A DNA stretch of 64,000 nucleotides from Eledone cirrhosa (taxonomy: Eukaryota). The stretch lies in NCBI GenBank assembly GCA_964016885.1, contig OZ024742.1, forward strand, positions 126,356,001-126,420,000. The letters run 5' to 3'. A model generated the notes under the pieces. It saw only the letters and a list, made by a program, of their open reading frames with translations, ran no database searches and was not told where the DNA came from. The number at the start of each line of letters is the position of its first letter. The stretch's first letter is position 1. Positions 24,373 through 36,875 of this stretch are shown here, one piece after another. The position numbers were made by a program, and so were the translations under genes.

Positions 24373-24590
24373 CTCTTAACATCCTGCACTGTATGAATTT
24401 GCATCAAAAAGACATTCTAGAAACATACAAAACAGCATTATGACTGCATCACATTAAAAATTAACGTTTTTACTTTAGTTCACTGCAAATTTTAATAATG
24501 ATGTGTTCGTTAATAAAGACACTATAAACATTTGAATTAACACACTCATTTTTAGGTATTTCCTGCTAAATCCTTACAGGATGTTAAGTG
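24373..24590. mobile_element. TTAA MITE family 2, complete copy
   Basis: ttaa|ctcttaacatcctg ... caggatgttaagtg|ttaa. Confidence 0.8.
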
Positions 24591-25819
24591 TTAATTAACA
24601 ATGTTGCACATGTAACATCATTTTTAGCATAATGGATTGCATCACATTAAAAATTATAGTTTTCACTTTAGTTTACTGCAAGCAAATTTTCACACCAATC
24701 TGACCACAGGTAAAGAAAGTATAAGCATTTCAGTTTTTAGGTATTTTCAGTTAAATCATTACAGTATGTTAAGAGGTAAATAACAGGTAAATGACAATGG
24801 TAAACAACAAAATCTGACTTTAATAAAAGTAAAAATGGAAGAAAGAATAACTGATAGTTAAAAATAATCAAGAAATAATATTGATGTATTTTTTTGTGGG
24901 GTTGGGTGGATGGCAAGTCATGGTTAATGGGCACCAAGAATTAAATTATGGAGAAAAAGCTCATTGAGTATTTAAACAGTAAACTTAATTCTACTAATAC
25001 ATTTTTAGGTCAACTTTTCCATGCTGGCATAGATTAGGTGGGACTTTTAGAGGCAACGTTTTACTGCCGAATGCCTTTCCAGACACTAACCCTTTTAGTT
25101 GCTTCTTATGACATGCAGGGATATGGTGTACCAAATCTTAATCAGATACACATGGTTAAATATGTGTGTGTGTGTATATAATATATATATATATCATAAA
25201 TATGAGTGAAGACAACGGAAAAATGTACGAAATACAAACAGTCCCCTCTCATCAGTCAATCACTGGAGATATAATGTTTTGGTGCTTTACGATCGATATA
25301 ACTGGCTCTAATGCACAAGGGACAGTAACAAATGGACTAATTGTGTTATCTTTTATACATAATACAAACAGAAATATGCATCACTACCTTGCTGGCAGTG
25401 TAGTTTCATGGATTAAGGTGGTACTGCACTTGTAATGTCAGTTTCTGCAACAGAACAGAGCCCGCTCTGTTGCTGTGATGAATGTGAGACGATAGCAAAA
25501 CAAGGAATAGACGGGAAAAATTTAAGTGTCTTTCAACCAAAGAATACGTGAAAATTTACTGCTTGAATTGAATGGACAACAGACAGAGCATGGTAACGAT
25601 GTATTTGTCTGTATGTGTTAACAGCATTTTCTGCTGATACTATATTCATATATATCCACACCAACATGCACCTATTTTGATATATATGCATGTCATAAGA
25701 AGCAGCTAAAAGGGTTAGTGTCCAGAAGAATATCCAGCTGCAAACAACTGCCTCAAAAAGTCCCAGCCAATCTATGCCAGCACCGAAAGGTTGATGTAAA
25801 AATGATGATGATATTATGT

Positions 25820-26830
25820 GTCATCATGATGATCATTTAACATCTGTTTTTCCATGCTTGCATGGGTTGGACAGGCATTTTCCAGGTCAGCATTCCTTCA
25901 TCATCTCCTCTGTAGGTTTCAGCTACTTAGGATCAGCTCTCACCACCCCTTCACAAGTCTTCCTCTACTGCATCGTCCTTTCACTGGGAACTCCTAATAT
26001 TTCTTCACCCAACGATCATCACCCATACACATCAAGGGGCAATATCCTTGAGATTGGAAAAAGTTTATTTCAGTGACATTCTTACTACCAACTATCCTTG
26101 TACCTCAGCTACATACGCAATTTACCTTTTCTATTAGTCTGCCTGCTTTCCCCCCACATCTACTGTGTACCCAAAATCTACAGTGTACATTGTATTGTAT
26201 ACTTTTTCTACCTACTCCTTTTCTACATATTGAACATGGCTATTTCCCTCATGGGATCAAAGTCCTGTTTTCTTTCTTACTAAAACTTTGGTTTTTGCCA
26301 AATTTACTCAAGTTCTGTTTCCACAGCCTGAATTTCTTCACTAACTCTTCTAAAGATTCAACCATCAGACCAGGTCATCAGCATGTACAAATTCCCATGA
26401 GCAGCCAGTTGTAAACTCCTCTGTTATGGCCAGTAGAGCTAAAATAAAGAGGAGTGGGCTGAGGACTGAGCCCTGATAAACTCCTACCTGTACTTTAATT
26501 TAGACTCACTTCCTACTCTCATTTTACTGACAGCTCCAATGTACATGACTTGCACTGCTCTCACAAACTATTCTACATCTAGTTTCCTTAAGGTTCACCA
26601 GATGACAGATCGTGGTACTCTATCAAAGGCTTTTTCCAGATCAACAAAACCTAGATATAGCAGATTACACTTAGTCCAGGAACTTCTCTTGTAACTGTCT
26701 CACTAAGAAGGCATCTATGGTGCTCCTCCCTGGCACAAAGCCAATCTATATTTCATCTTATTTGACTTTTTCTCTGATTAATTGTGATAACATTCTTTGA
26801 GTCACTTTCATAACGATCCTCTATAATTTC
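25820..26830 (-). mobile_element. Degenerate RTE (RT, PHD remnant, tail)
   Basis: Reverse complement gives GFVPGRST, VDLEKAFDRVP, VYQGSVLSPLLF and a (gat)n tail. Confidence 0.8.
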
Positions 26831-26900
26831 TCCTTTTTCTACATATATATATATATGGAAGAATATTAGGATATAATTGCATGTACTCTTCCAACGTCAC

Positions 26901-26996
26901 CTGTTTCTCTTTTTTTGTTCTTTCAACCAATTCTAATTTTTCTCTCTCTGCTTTTTCTTTCTTCTCTTGTTCTTCCCATTCTTCTCTGATTCGTCT
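26901..26996 (-). CDS. ZRSR2: ZRSR2 exon 4 (RRIREEWEEQEKKEKAEREKLELVERTKKEKQ), 96 nt
   Basis: T-rich tract plus ttttag acceptor, CAG|gtgacg donor, phase 0-0. Resembles ZRSR2 RKLKEQWEEQQRKERE. Confidence 0.88.
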
Positions 26997-27074
26997 CTAA
27001 AATTAAAAAAAAAAGAAAAATAATTATTTATGAAATTGGTAGGAAACACAAATTTGGTAAGATGTATAGATGAT

Positions 27075-27575
27075 TGAATCAACAGTGGAAGTAGCTCTCT
27101 AAACTTTTTCCATCTTATCCTTACTCTAGCTATTATGCTCTCAGAGCACTCTCCTCCATTGCTAATTAAGTTACCTAGATAGCAGAAGCTATCAATCACA
27201 TCTATGGACCCTTCCTGTGACTGGAAAAGGTTTATATCACTGACACTCTTCCCCTCAAAAATTACCCCTGTGCATCTTCTACATATAAATTTTTCCCTTA
27301 CTGTTAGTCTACCCATTATATCACTACATCTCTTGTGTACCCAAAATTTACATTGTGTACATATGGAATTTTTGTCTTCTCCTTTTCTATATATTGAGCA
27401 GGGCCACTTCTCTGTAGGAATCAGGATCATATCTTTTTCCTACTCACTAGCACTTTAGCTAAGTTTACTCTCAGCCCTTTTGATTCCAAATTGTTTCCAT
27501 AGCCGGAACTTATTTTCTAGTTCTTTCATGGATTCAGCTATAACAATCAAGTTATCTGCATAGAGAAGTTCCAAA
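27075..27575 (-). mobile_element. Degenerate RTE fragment (YAD, PHD, YLG)
   Basis: ORF 26933-27430: KWPCSI..CTQCKFWVHKRC..FICRRC..VIDSFCYLG..WKKFRELLPLL. Confidence 0.85.
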
Positions 27576-27592
27576 TATATATATATACATAA

Positions 27593-27827
27593 TTAGGAAG
27601 TAACATGTGCTTACACTGTATTTGACTAAATAGAATTAGTCTGTTAGCTGGAATTTAAAAAAAAAAACCCTCTGAATGGAAAGAAAGATGAGTATTGACG
27701 TACATGGGACATGTCTTTGGTTTGCCGGACCAATGTGTTACCATTTCAGAGGTTTTTAAAAAAAAATCCTAATGTACAGACTAATTCTATTTCGTCAAAT
27801 ACGGCGTAAGCACATGTTACTACCTAA
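27593..27827. repeat. Imperfect foldback, about 95-bp arms with about 50-bp spacer (MITE-like)
   Basis: taggaagtaacatgtgcttac..gaattagtctgt pairs with acagactaattc..gtaagcacatgttactaccta. Confidence 0.85.
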
Positions 27828-28244
27828 ATTTCAAATTCGCTAGCTGTTTCTAAACAAAGCCTGCTTTGTGTCTCCCTACTAAAAAAATTTTTTTCTCTGT
27901 TCCTGGCTTGTAATCACTTTTTATGTGTTGCTTAGGCCCCAAATAAATAAAAAAAAGTGCTATTAAACAATTAAAAGTTTGGGTTTGTAAAAATTCTAAG
28001 CTATTCACTAGAATTATTTGTATGCTGGATTTTATGTTGTATGTAAGTTTAATTTGCTTATGTTAAATGAGTTTTTTATATATGTTTCAGGTTAAATTGA
28101 AATTATAAAATAAAGAGTAATACCTAAAGAAAATTATAAAAGTGCAATAAAGTATAAAATTGTTAAAAAGTGTATTAAAGAGATTTATTGATACTGGATT
28201 TTCACACCCTGAATAAAGGGTAAGTTGTGTTTTAAGCATTCGTC

Positions 28245-29304
28245 TCCAGGATGAAGCAGTGGAACTTGGTCAAGGAGGAAGTGCAGGTGACAAGTCAGAG
28301 AAGTCGACACAAACCTTTCTCAGGCTTTTACACTCTTAGGGATGGCCTCTGCTTCTGCCATGACGTGCCTGGACTGTTTGGCGTTATTGGGGTGCCATTT
28401 GTGCCCAAGGAGTGGCGGCTATTTATATACAGCTCCACCACAAGTTTGAAGGCTGTCCTCCTCCACAATGGAAACAAGTTCACGACACTGCCCCTAGCTC
28501 ATTCAGTCTGCCTGAAGGAAGATTACTACAGTGTGAAAGTCCTCTTGGAAGCTCTGCAATACAACCAGTACAATTGGGAAATCATTGGAGACTTCAAGAT
28601 GGTAGCTTTCCTGCTTGGACTCCAAGGTGGTTTTATCAAATTCCAGTGTTTCCTCTGACCACTACAAAAGAAAGAACTGGGAGCAGCGAACAGAATTTGT
28701 AGTTGGGACCCGGAACATCATGTGCGAGCCACTGGTTGATCCCAGGATTGTGCTCATGCCGCCACTGCACATTAAGTTGGGGTTGATGAAGCAGTTTGTG
28801 AAGGCTCTCAACCAAGAATCAGCCGCTTTTAAGTACCTTCTTGAGTTCTTCCCCAAGTTATCTGAGGCCAAAATCAAAGGTGGAAATTTTGTTGGACCTC
28901 AGATAAAGAAGGTGTTTGAGTCTACCGAGTTCTCCAATAAGCTCAATAGGATTGAGGGAACAGCATGGAACTGTTTCAAGGCAGTTGTTAAGGGCTTCCT
29001 GGGAAACTACAGAGCTGAAAACTACCAGTAACTGGTGCAGGATCTGATAAAGGATTTTGGCGCCATGGGATGCAGGATGTTGCTTAAACTCCATATGCTG
29101 GACGCTCACCTGGAAAAATTCAAGAACAATATGGGCGCCTACTCAGAAGAACAAGGCGAACGATTCCACCAAGATGTGAAATAGATAGGATGGAGGTACC
29201 AGGGCCACTACAATGAATACATGATGGGGGACTATATCTGGGGGCTAGTGCGGGAATGCGACCTGGACTACAACCGCAAATCCAGGAAATCCAGTCATTT
29301 CTGA
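28245..29304 (+). mobile_element. Chapaev (Chapaev3-like) transposase pseudogene
   Basis: WRLFIxSSxxSLKAVLLHNGN, GDFKMVAFLLGLQGG, PPLHIKLGLMKQFVKAL, KLHMLDAH and SEEQGERFHQD motifs. Frameshift near 28655 and internal stops. Confidence 0.85.
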
Positions 29305-29539
29305 CGTGTATAAGTTGCTTTATAAGTGTTATTTGTTTTTACTTGTTTGCTTTTGATAAGCTTGTGTAATTAAATAAATATATACTCTGTTAATTTGATT
29401 ATATGAACTGATAAATTTTAAAAAAATGTGTTTTTTCTTGAAAAATATGAAAATTTCGAAATATCAAACTCCTGATATATGTAACCCATGCTAACATGGA
29501 AGAACGGATGTAAAATGATGATGATATATACATATATAT

Positions 29540-29583
<44 letters not shown>

Positions 29584-29678
29584 AGAGACTGAGTGGGAAA
29601 GTTGTGTGTCTATGTTTACAAGAAGTTTACAAAGAGAGGGATAAAAAAGACAATCTTATAGAATTCTGAAATACATAC

Positions 29679-29857
29679 ATCTTGTTCCTCTCGCCGTTTC
29701 TTTTCTTGTTCTTCATGTTCTTTTTTAAGTTGCCATTCTTTTTGAGCTTGTTTTTCTCGTTCTAACCAGCGTGCATGTTCAACCATCTGTAGCTGCATTT
29801 CTTTCACTTTTGCTTGCTCAAAGATTTCATCACTGGAACTATTTTTATCACAGGTTT
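29679..29857 (-). CDS. ZRSR2: ZRSR2 exon 3 (ETCDKNSS...VEHARWLEREKQAQKEWQLKKEHEEQEKKRREEQD), 179 nt
   Basis: tttcag acceptor, GAT|gtatgt donor, phase 1 to 0. Resembles ZRSR2 LHEEWLLREQKAQEEF. Confidence 0.9.
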
Positions 29858-30554
29858 CTGAAAGATGATTGAAAAGAAACAAATATTGATATTTCTATTG
29901 ACTATTACAACCTGCAGTTATGATGGATATACCACATCATCATTCCCATTGTTTTCTCTATGCTTGAATGGTAGGTTGTCTCTGGCTGGAAGTCCTGCCT
30001 GACAGCAATACTTCTAACATTCATAGAACTGCCATGCTGCAGAATGTACTCTTTATAGAGATTGTAATGCCACAACTACGTTTTTTTTTTATAACTGCTG
30101 TTGAACCTTGACTGTGTGGTTTATGAGTTCACTTATAATACACATGGTTCCAGGTTTGGTTCTGCTGTGTGACACCTAGAGCAAATTTCTTCTGTTATAT
30201 TGGCATGATCAGTGTCTTGTGAGAGATTTTGGTAGATGAAAACACTGTCAAAGCTTATTGTCTCTAAAACACAGTAAAGTCCAGGAATCTCTACCATATT
30301 GAGAAATATAGGTTGGTAGCAGGAAAGGTATCTGGCTATAGAAAATGCACCCAGTACATGCTGTAAAGTGGTTGGTGATAGGTAAGACATCCAACCATAG
30401 AAAGCTTGCCAAACTGGGAGGACTCTTTAGTTGTGTCAAAGACATGAAAAGTTGGTAGAATGTAGAACCATATGTAAGCGAGATGCAAACCTCTGTCCTA
30501 TCTGGGAGGTCAATAGCCCTGCTTCGGTACTGACTCGGTCAGTAATAAACCCAT

Positions 30555-30880
30555 TCAATCCTTGCTAGCAGGGCCTTAACTGCAGAAGACCTGCAGAGGC
30601 CAGAAAGAAATGAGTCAAGTATGCTCCGACGGATGTGTAATGCTAGTGTGCACAAATGATTTAGCATAAGCAAACTGAGAGAAAAACTTGGCATAAGAGG
30701 AATTAGATGTAGTGTGCAAGTAAGAAGACTGAGCTGGTATGGACATGTAATGCACATGGAAAATAAGAGCTGCATAAAGAAATGCAGAGAAACCCCAGTG
30801 GCTGACCCAGGAAGACATGGGATGAGGTTGTGAAGACCAAACTTAAAAAACTAAACCACACAGCAGAAATGACTAAAGAC
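30555..30880 (+). mobile_element. Old RTE 3' remnant
   Basis: EDLQRPERNESSMLRRMCN..LREKLGIRGIRC..RRLSWYGHVM. Confidence 0.75.
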
Positions 30881-31249
30881 TGCTAGGCCTTCCTGGCCAC
30901 TGCCCCCTTGTGAAGTGGCTGTGATGGGAAGGGCATCCAACTGTGGAGGGCTTGCCAAAGAAAGGGCTGGGAGGACCCTTCAGTTGTGTCAAGGTCATGG
31001 CAGCCTTCCTAGTGTCTGGTAATCTACACAATAAATGCACCCAATATGTGCTGTAGTTGTTGGAGATAGGAAGGGCATCCAGAGAGCTTGCCAAACAAAA
31101 GGTTGGGAGGAACCTCAGTTGTGTCAAAGATATGACAACCTCTCCTCTACACTCAGTAGAATGTGAGACTGTACATAAGCTAGGCGACAGATCCCTGGCT
31201 TGTCTGGGAGATCAGTAGCCCCGCTTCAGTATTGACTTGCTAGTAGGGA

Positions 31250-31593
31250 ATCATCATTTCATCATCATTTCATTTTACGTCCGCTTTTTCCCTGCTTGCA
31301 AGGGTGGGACGGGAACTGATTTTGGCTTGATTTCTACAGCTGGATGCCCTTCCTAACACCAACCTCATTTACAGTGAGTGCTGGGTGCTTTTTTGCCGTG
31401 GCACTTGCACGACCACTTTGCAGTGGAATGATATGGACCCCAGTCCCTATCATCTCATTTCTACAGCTGAGTAAACTGGAGCAATGTGAAATAAAGTGTC
31501 TTGCTCAAGGAAACAACACATCACCTGGTCTGAGAATGGAACTCACAACCTTTCGATTGCAAGGCCAATGCTCTAACCACTAAGCCATGTGCC
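31250..31593 (-). mobile_element. Full-length RTE-tailed SINE, near-identical inverted partner of 22398-22737
   Basis: ORF-track translations 22411-22650 (-) and 31344-31583 (+) are almost identical. Confidence 0.92.
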
Positions 31594-32408
31594 ATGTAGA
31601 CATTAAAACGACGACGATGATGATGAAAAGATACACCATATCTCTGCATGTTGTAAGAGGCAGTTAAAAGGGTTGATTTCAGGAAAGGCATCCAGCTATA
31701 AAATATTGTCTCAAAACATCCTATCCAACCCATGCCAGCTTGGACATAAAAACAATGATATAGGGTACATTCTGCAGGAATTACAACTGGCTGACAATTT
31801 CTACATTGGACATGAGTGATTATCTGTTTACAAAGCTGTGAATTCACTGGATGGAGGTGACCCAAACCATCCGGGGTAAGTACCAACACAAGTACAAATG
31901 TAATTATCAGTATCATTTGATTAAATGAACCCCACTACTTGACTGCTATTTTATTTTTTCAACCCAGGGAAGATGAAAGGCAAAGTTGCCCTTGAAGGAG
32001 AGGGACTGTTGTCTTCACAACATAAAGAGCCAGAACAAAATATTGCAAGAGATTTTGTGTGATGCTCTAATGATTTTATCCAGCAGCCACCCAACCCAGT
32101 TTGAAGGTTCATCAGGCCGGTGATTATCCCTTTCATTGTTAAGCAATTGAGAGTACAAGACTCTCCACTGGACAGGATGCCAGTCCATCATGAGATTAAT
32201 CCCCAAGCTACTGCTGGTATAATTTTTAGCTGAATGGACTAGAGCAATGTGAAATGAAGCGTTTTGCTCAAAAACAGTGCCATCCAGTTCAAGAATTGAA
32301 CTCATGACATTATGATCGTAAGTCCAAACTCTTACAACTATGCCACATACCTTCACTTAAGCAAGGAAGAGAGAGGGAGAAAGAAAAATGAGTCAACTGT
32401 TTACTTAC

Positions 32409-32488
32409 CAACACCATTCTTTTGGGCAAGTTCTCTTCTTTTCAATTTCCTTTTTAATTTTTTTAAAAGTTTCTTCCAATTTTTGTGA
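32409..32488 (-). CDS. ZRSR2: ZRSR2 exon 2 (SHKNWKKLLKKLKRKLKRRELAQKNGV), 80 nt
   Basis: ttattag acceptor, G|gtaagt donor. Matches the ZRSR2 N-terminal motif SHKKYRAALKKEKRKKRRQELA. Confidence 0.88.
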
Positions 32489-32759
32489 CTAATAAAAATA
32501 TTAATTAAAACGTCTTTTGTTAGCAGAAAAATACCTCTGTAATAATGTAAGAAACAGAGTAGCTAAACTTTGATAGAGATTTGCTAAAATTGATTTAGAG
32601 TTCTTGAGAAATAAACCACAGAAAGCAGAGTCTACCATGTTGTAAGCATTGGGGCCATAAAGTACCATTACTTCTATTCGACATATGAATAGGCCATTGG
32701 CCAATATGGGAATACATACTTCTGCATATCACTAAATTCACCATATTCATTCCTGCTAA

Positions 32760-33495
32760 GTCAATACCATCTTTATATATTGTCTCCTTTCAACCAGTCA
32801 TTCATTTGTAGAGAGAAACTTTTTTATTGTCAACAGAAGCATGAGCTCTCTGAACATTTTCCATCCTGTTCTTATTCTAGCTACTATGCTTTCAGAGAAG
32901 CCACTTCCATTGCTAATTATAGAGTTCCTTTTCTGCATATTGAGCGCAACCACTTCCTAGATGGTCTTTGCTAAGTTTACCCTGAGTCCTTTTGATTCTA
33001 AGTTCTGTTTCTAAAACAAGAACTTCTTCATACAGAAGTTGCCATGGACAGCTGATCTTAAACTTTTGTTATGGCTTGGAGAACTGTAATAAAAAGGAGT
33101 GACTGATAAACACCTACCTGCATATTGAATACCTCACTAAACTAATTACCTACTCTCATTTTATTGATAATACTTCTCTGAACATGGCTCACACTGCTCT
33201 CACAAGACTCATTTACACCCAGTTTTTTAAGGACCATCAGATAAAAGCTCATGGTACTTTCTCGAACTTCTAAAGTAATTGCTTTACTAAGTGGGCATCT
33301 GTGGTGCTCCTATCTAGTACAAAATCAAACTGCATCTCATCTAATTTGACTCTTTCTGTCACTTTCGTAAGTTGATCTATCAGTTTTATGTCTCTGTAGT
33401 TGTCCTTTCTAGGGCAACAACCTTTCCCTTGCAACAATTAGTGATTATACTGCAACCCCTGCCATTGAGTATGACTCCATCCTGTATTACCTGAT
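32760..33495 (-). mobile_element. Highly degenerate RTE RT remnant
   Basis: Reverse complement gives KLDEMQFDFV and GLRVNLAK motifs. Confidence 0.65.
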
Positions 33496-33504
33496 TATCT
33501 TAAT

Positions 33505-33695
33505 AATAATTGTTTCTACTTTTGGCACAAGGCCAGCAATTACCCAGTGTATTACTGGTACTTTATTTTATCGATCCCGTAAGGATGAAAGGCAAAGTTA
33601 ACCTTGGCGGGATTTGAACTCAGAATGGCAAGGGCCGTAACTCTATGCGTCAAAGCATGGCGTCCGTCCCTCTACCGATACTGCCAATCCACCGT
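33505..33695 (-). mobile_element. (ATT)n-tailed SINE, young copy
   Basis: Near-identical to 54098-54242 and 60293-60482. Confidence 0.85.
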
Positions 33696-34006
33696 TAATA
33701 ATAATGATTTCTGACATAACTAAAATGTCTCAAATTTCTAGAATGTCATATTTTAATCGAACCCTGCATATGTCTGGTACTTTATTTATCAATCTAGGAA
33801 AGATGACTGGCAAATTCAACTCCCAGTGGATTTAGTACATTTTCTTAGGTGCTCTACCGAATCTGTCAACCATAAATCCTTGACATAAGGATTTAAAAAA
33901 CAAAATAAACAAATCACCGGATACATTCAGGTTAGGGTTAGTGTTCGTTTTGGATAGTATTCCCACGTCACCTCGTGTCCGTATGTGTGTGTGTATATAT
34001 ATATAT

Positions 34007-36712
34007 ATCATCATTTTACGTCCGCTTTTCCCTGCTTGCAAGGGTTGGACGGGTCCTATTCAGCACAGCATCTCTCCACTTGTCACGGTCCTTCGTCATC
34101 GCCTCGGTGAGTTTCAGCGATCTGAGGTCTGCTCTCACCACCTCCGCCCATGTTTTACGTGGTCTAGCTCTTCTGCGTCTTCCTTCTACTGGGATTTCTT
34201 GACACTTCTTTACCCAGTGGTCATCCTCCATGCGCATCACATGCCCATACCATCTCAGCCTTCTCTCCTGCACACCACAACTTATCCCTCTTATACCCAA
34301 CTTCTTTCTCAATTCGTCCATGCTTGGTCGTTCACGCACATTGGCATTGCACATCTAACGGAGCATACTTGCTTCATTTCTCTCCAGCCGTCGCATATCC
34401 TCTGCAGTTGCAGCCCATGTCTCACTACCATGCAGTATCGCGCATCTCACACAGTCATCATATAACCGTCCTTTCGTACGCAGGAAGAAACCCTTCTTTG
34501 TCAACAAAGGAAGCAGCTCCCTAAACTTTTTCCAACCCGTCCTTATTCTAGATACTATGGCCTCGGAACACCCCCCTCCCATGCTAATCTGATCACCTAG
34601 GTACCGGAAGCTATCAACCACTTCTATAGAACCCACCTGCATTGGAAAAATGTGTCTATCACTGCATATACTACTACTACTAAATACATCCACTTCTTTG
34701 TAGTGATATAAAAGAACCTTTCCATCTCACATGATCGAACATTAACTCGGCTCCTCTGTGTTCGGACATGGTGTACGTGTGTGTGTATGTTTACATTCAA
34801 TATTATATACTTGGCTATTTGTACCTGATAGTGTTTATAAAACTGCCATAGTTCTTCACCGGATAATTCTGTATATTCCCCACTCCCTTTAATGTCTTCA
34901 GAGGTCATCCACATTGGCGTTTCACACTAGTGGGCTCCCATAGCACGGGGAACTCTGTCAAAGGCTTTCTCGAGATCGACGAATGCCAGGTAGAGTGGCT
35001 TACTTTTAGCTAGGTACTTTTCCTGTAACTGCTTCACAAGGAAGAGGGCATCAGTGGTGCCTCTTCCTGGTACAAACCCAAACTGCATCTCATCTAGTTT
35101 CACCCGGTCCCTAGTCAACTGTGCTATAACTCTTTCTGTTACTTTCATGACCTGGTCCATCAGCTTTATACCTCTATAGTTTCCTCTATCTAGTGTATCA
35201 CCTTTACCTTTGTAGCAGTTGACAATGATGCTACTGCACCAATCCTTTGGTATGACACCTTCTAGTATTACCTGGTTAACAATACGTGTGGTTATAGTGT
35301 GACCTACCGACCCAGATGCCTCGGCAGCTATACCCGATAGACCGGTTGCCTTCCCCGTCTTCATATCTTTGATAGCCTTACTTACTACGCTGCTGCTGAT
35401 TTGTACTGCCGGCCCCTCTATAGGGTCTACTTGGGGTAGGGTCTCTTATTCCCATGCATTCTCCTCATTTAGTAATGTAACATAATGGCTCTTCCACGCA
35501 TCTTTCTTCTCAGCACTTGTGAGGGCAAGCTCACCTTTATCATTCTTGTGACATCACAATTCTCTCTGACACACTGCCTTGCAATCTTGAACACCTCCTG
35601 TTTCTGGTCCTCACATTGCAAAACATGCTTGAATTTTCTATCCTCTGCTTCCCTCCTGGTCTCTATGTAATGTACTCTGCTTCCCCCGTTCTTCCATTCT
35701 TTCCATGCCTGTCTCTTGGCCTTAACTGCCTCATCTACCTTATTGTTCCACCACCAAGTCACTCTCCTCCTGCCTGTGGTCTTACTCCAGCCACAGATCT
35801 CATTAAGTTATTTTTTAGGAACTCCCAGTGCTCTTCTACATTGAATGTCTCTATCTGTTCTTCTTTACTGTCATAGGTGTTGAGTAAAATATCTTTAAAT
35901 CTGTTACTGGCTGAGGGGTCTTTCAGCTTCCAGATCTTTCTTCTCCAGGTTGGCCTCTTTTTCTAGGTTCGTCTAGTTCTGACCGTGAGGTCGCTAACAA
36001 CTAAGCTATGTTGGGAGGTACATTCCTCACTAGGGAAGGCTTTTGTGTTTACGACCGTCCATCTGTCACGTCCTCTGATAAGGATAAAATCTATATGACT
36101 AGAATGCTCCCCTGATCTATAGGTGATCAGGTGGTTGTCGGGTTTTTTGAAGTTTGTGTTACATATCGACATGTCATTGGCGTCACAGAATTCTAGAAGC
36201 CTGAATCCTTCTTCATTTCTTGTGCCAACCACATGGCCTTCATGGACTCTATAGAAGCCGTCACAGTGTTTACCTACGTGTCCGTTAAAATCTCCTACAA
36301 TGATTAGGAAGTCATTGTCGTTTGTTAGAGCAGTAGTGTGCATTAGGGACTTGTAAAATCTATCCTTAAGTTCGTCTGGCAACCCCGATTGGGGTGCGTA
36401 AGCTGATATTGTGGTAATTGTTTTATTCAGGACTAGTCTGAGTTTAATGATTCTTGCATTCACCCTGTTCACTGAGATTACTTTATCTACCCACTTGTCA
36501 GCTAGTAGGATACCTACACCACCCATCCCATAATTTCCCACCCAGAAAAATTTGTAGCACTGACTTTTTCCTACAAGGACTCTAGCAGACTCTCCTCTCC
36601 GTCTAGTCTCTTGCACAGAGCATACATCTATTTCCTTTCGCTCTAGCATCTCTACGATTTCTCCTGCTCTTCCTTTCATTGTGCTTACATTGATGGTACC
36701 AACTCGGAGTTT
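34007..36712 (-). mobile_element. RTE LINE family B, near-complete ORF with RT core replaced by foreign DNA; short 3' end
   Basis: Endonuclease start LRVGTINVSTM..SVQETR, SAYAPQ, GDFNGHVG. RT to FVDLEKAFDRVP, resuming at GSIEVVDSFRYLG. Tail cccttgcaagcagggaaaagcggacgtaaaatga. Confidence 0.93.
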
Positions 36713-36875
36713 TATATACCCCCCGCCTCTCAAGAGCGTGAAACTAATAAACCTTTGTTCGTACTGCCTCTGTTTTGTTCCCGTTCCATTTTCCACTATA
36801 TATATATATATGTATATAAAATTAAAAACGGAGTTTATACCTCTTTGTGTATTTCTCTATATATACTGATATATA

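Noticed and set aside
25474-25640. C/D snoRNA (GTGATGA...CTGA)
   Set aside because: Antisense to the host gene, no convincing terminal stem or guide, and the boxes are far apart.
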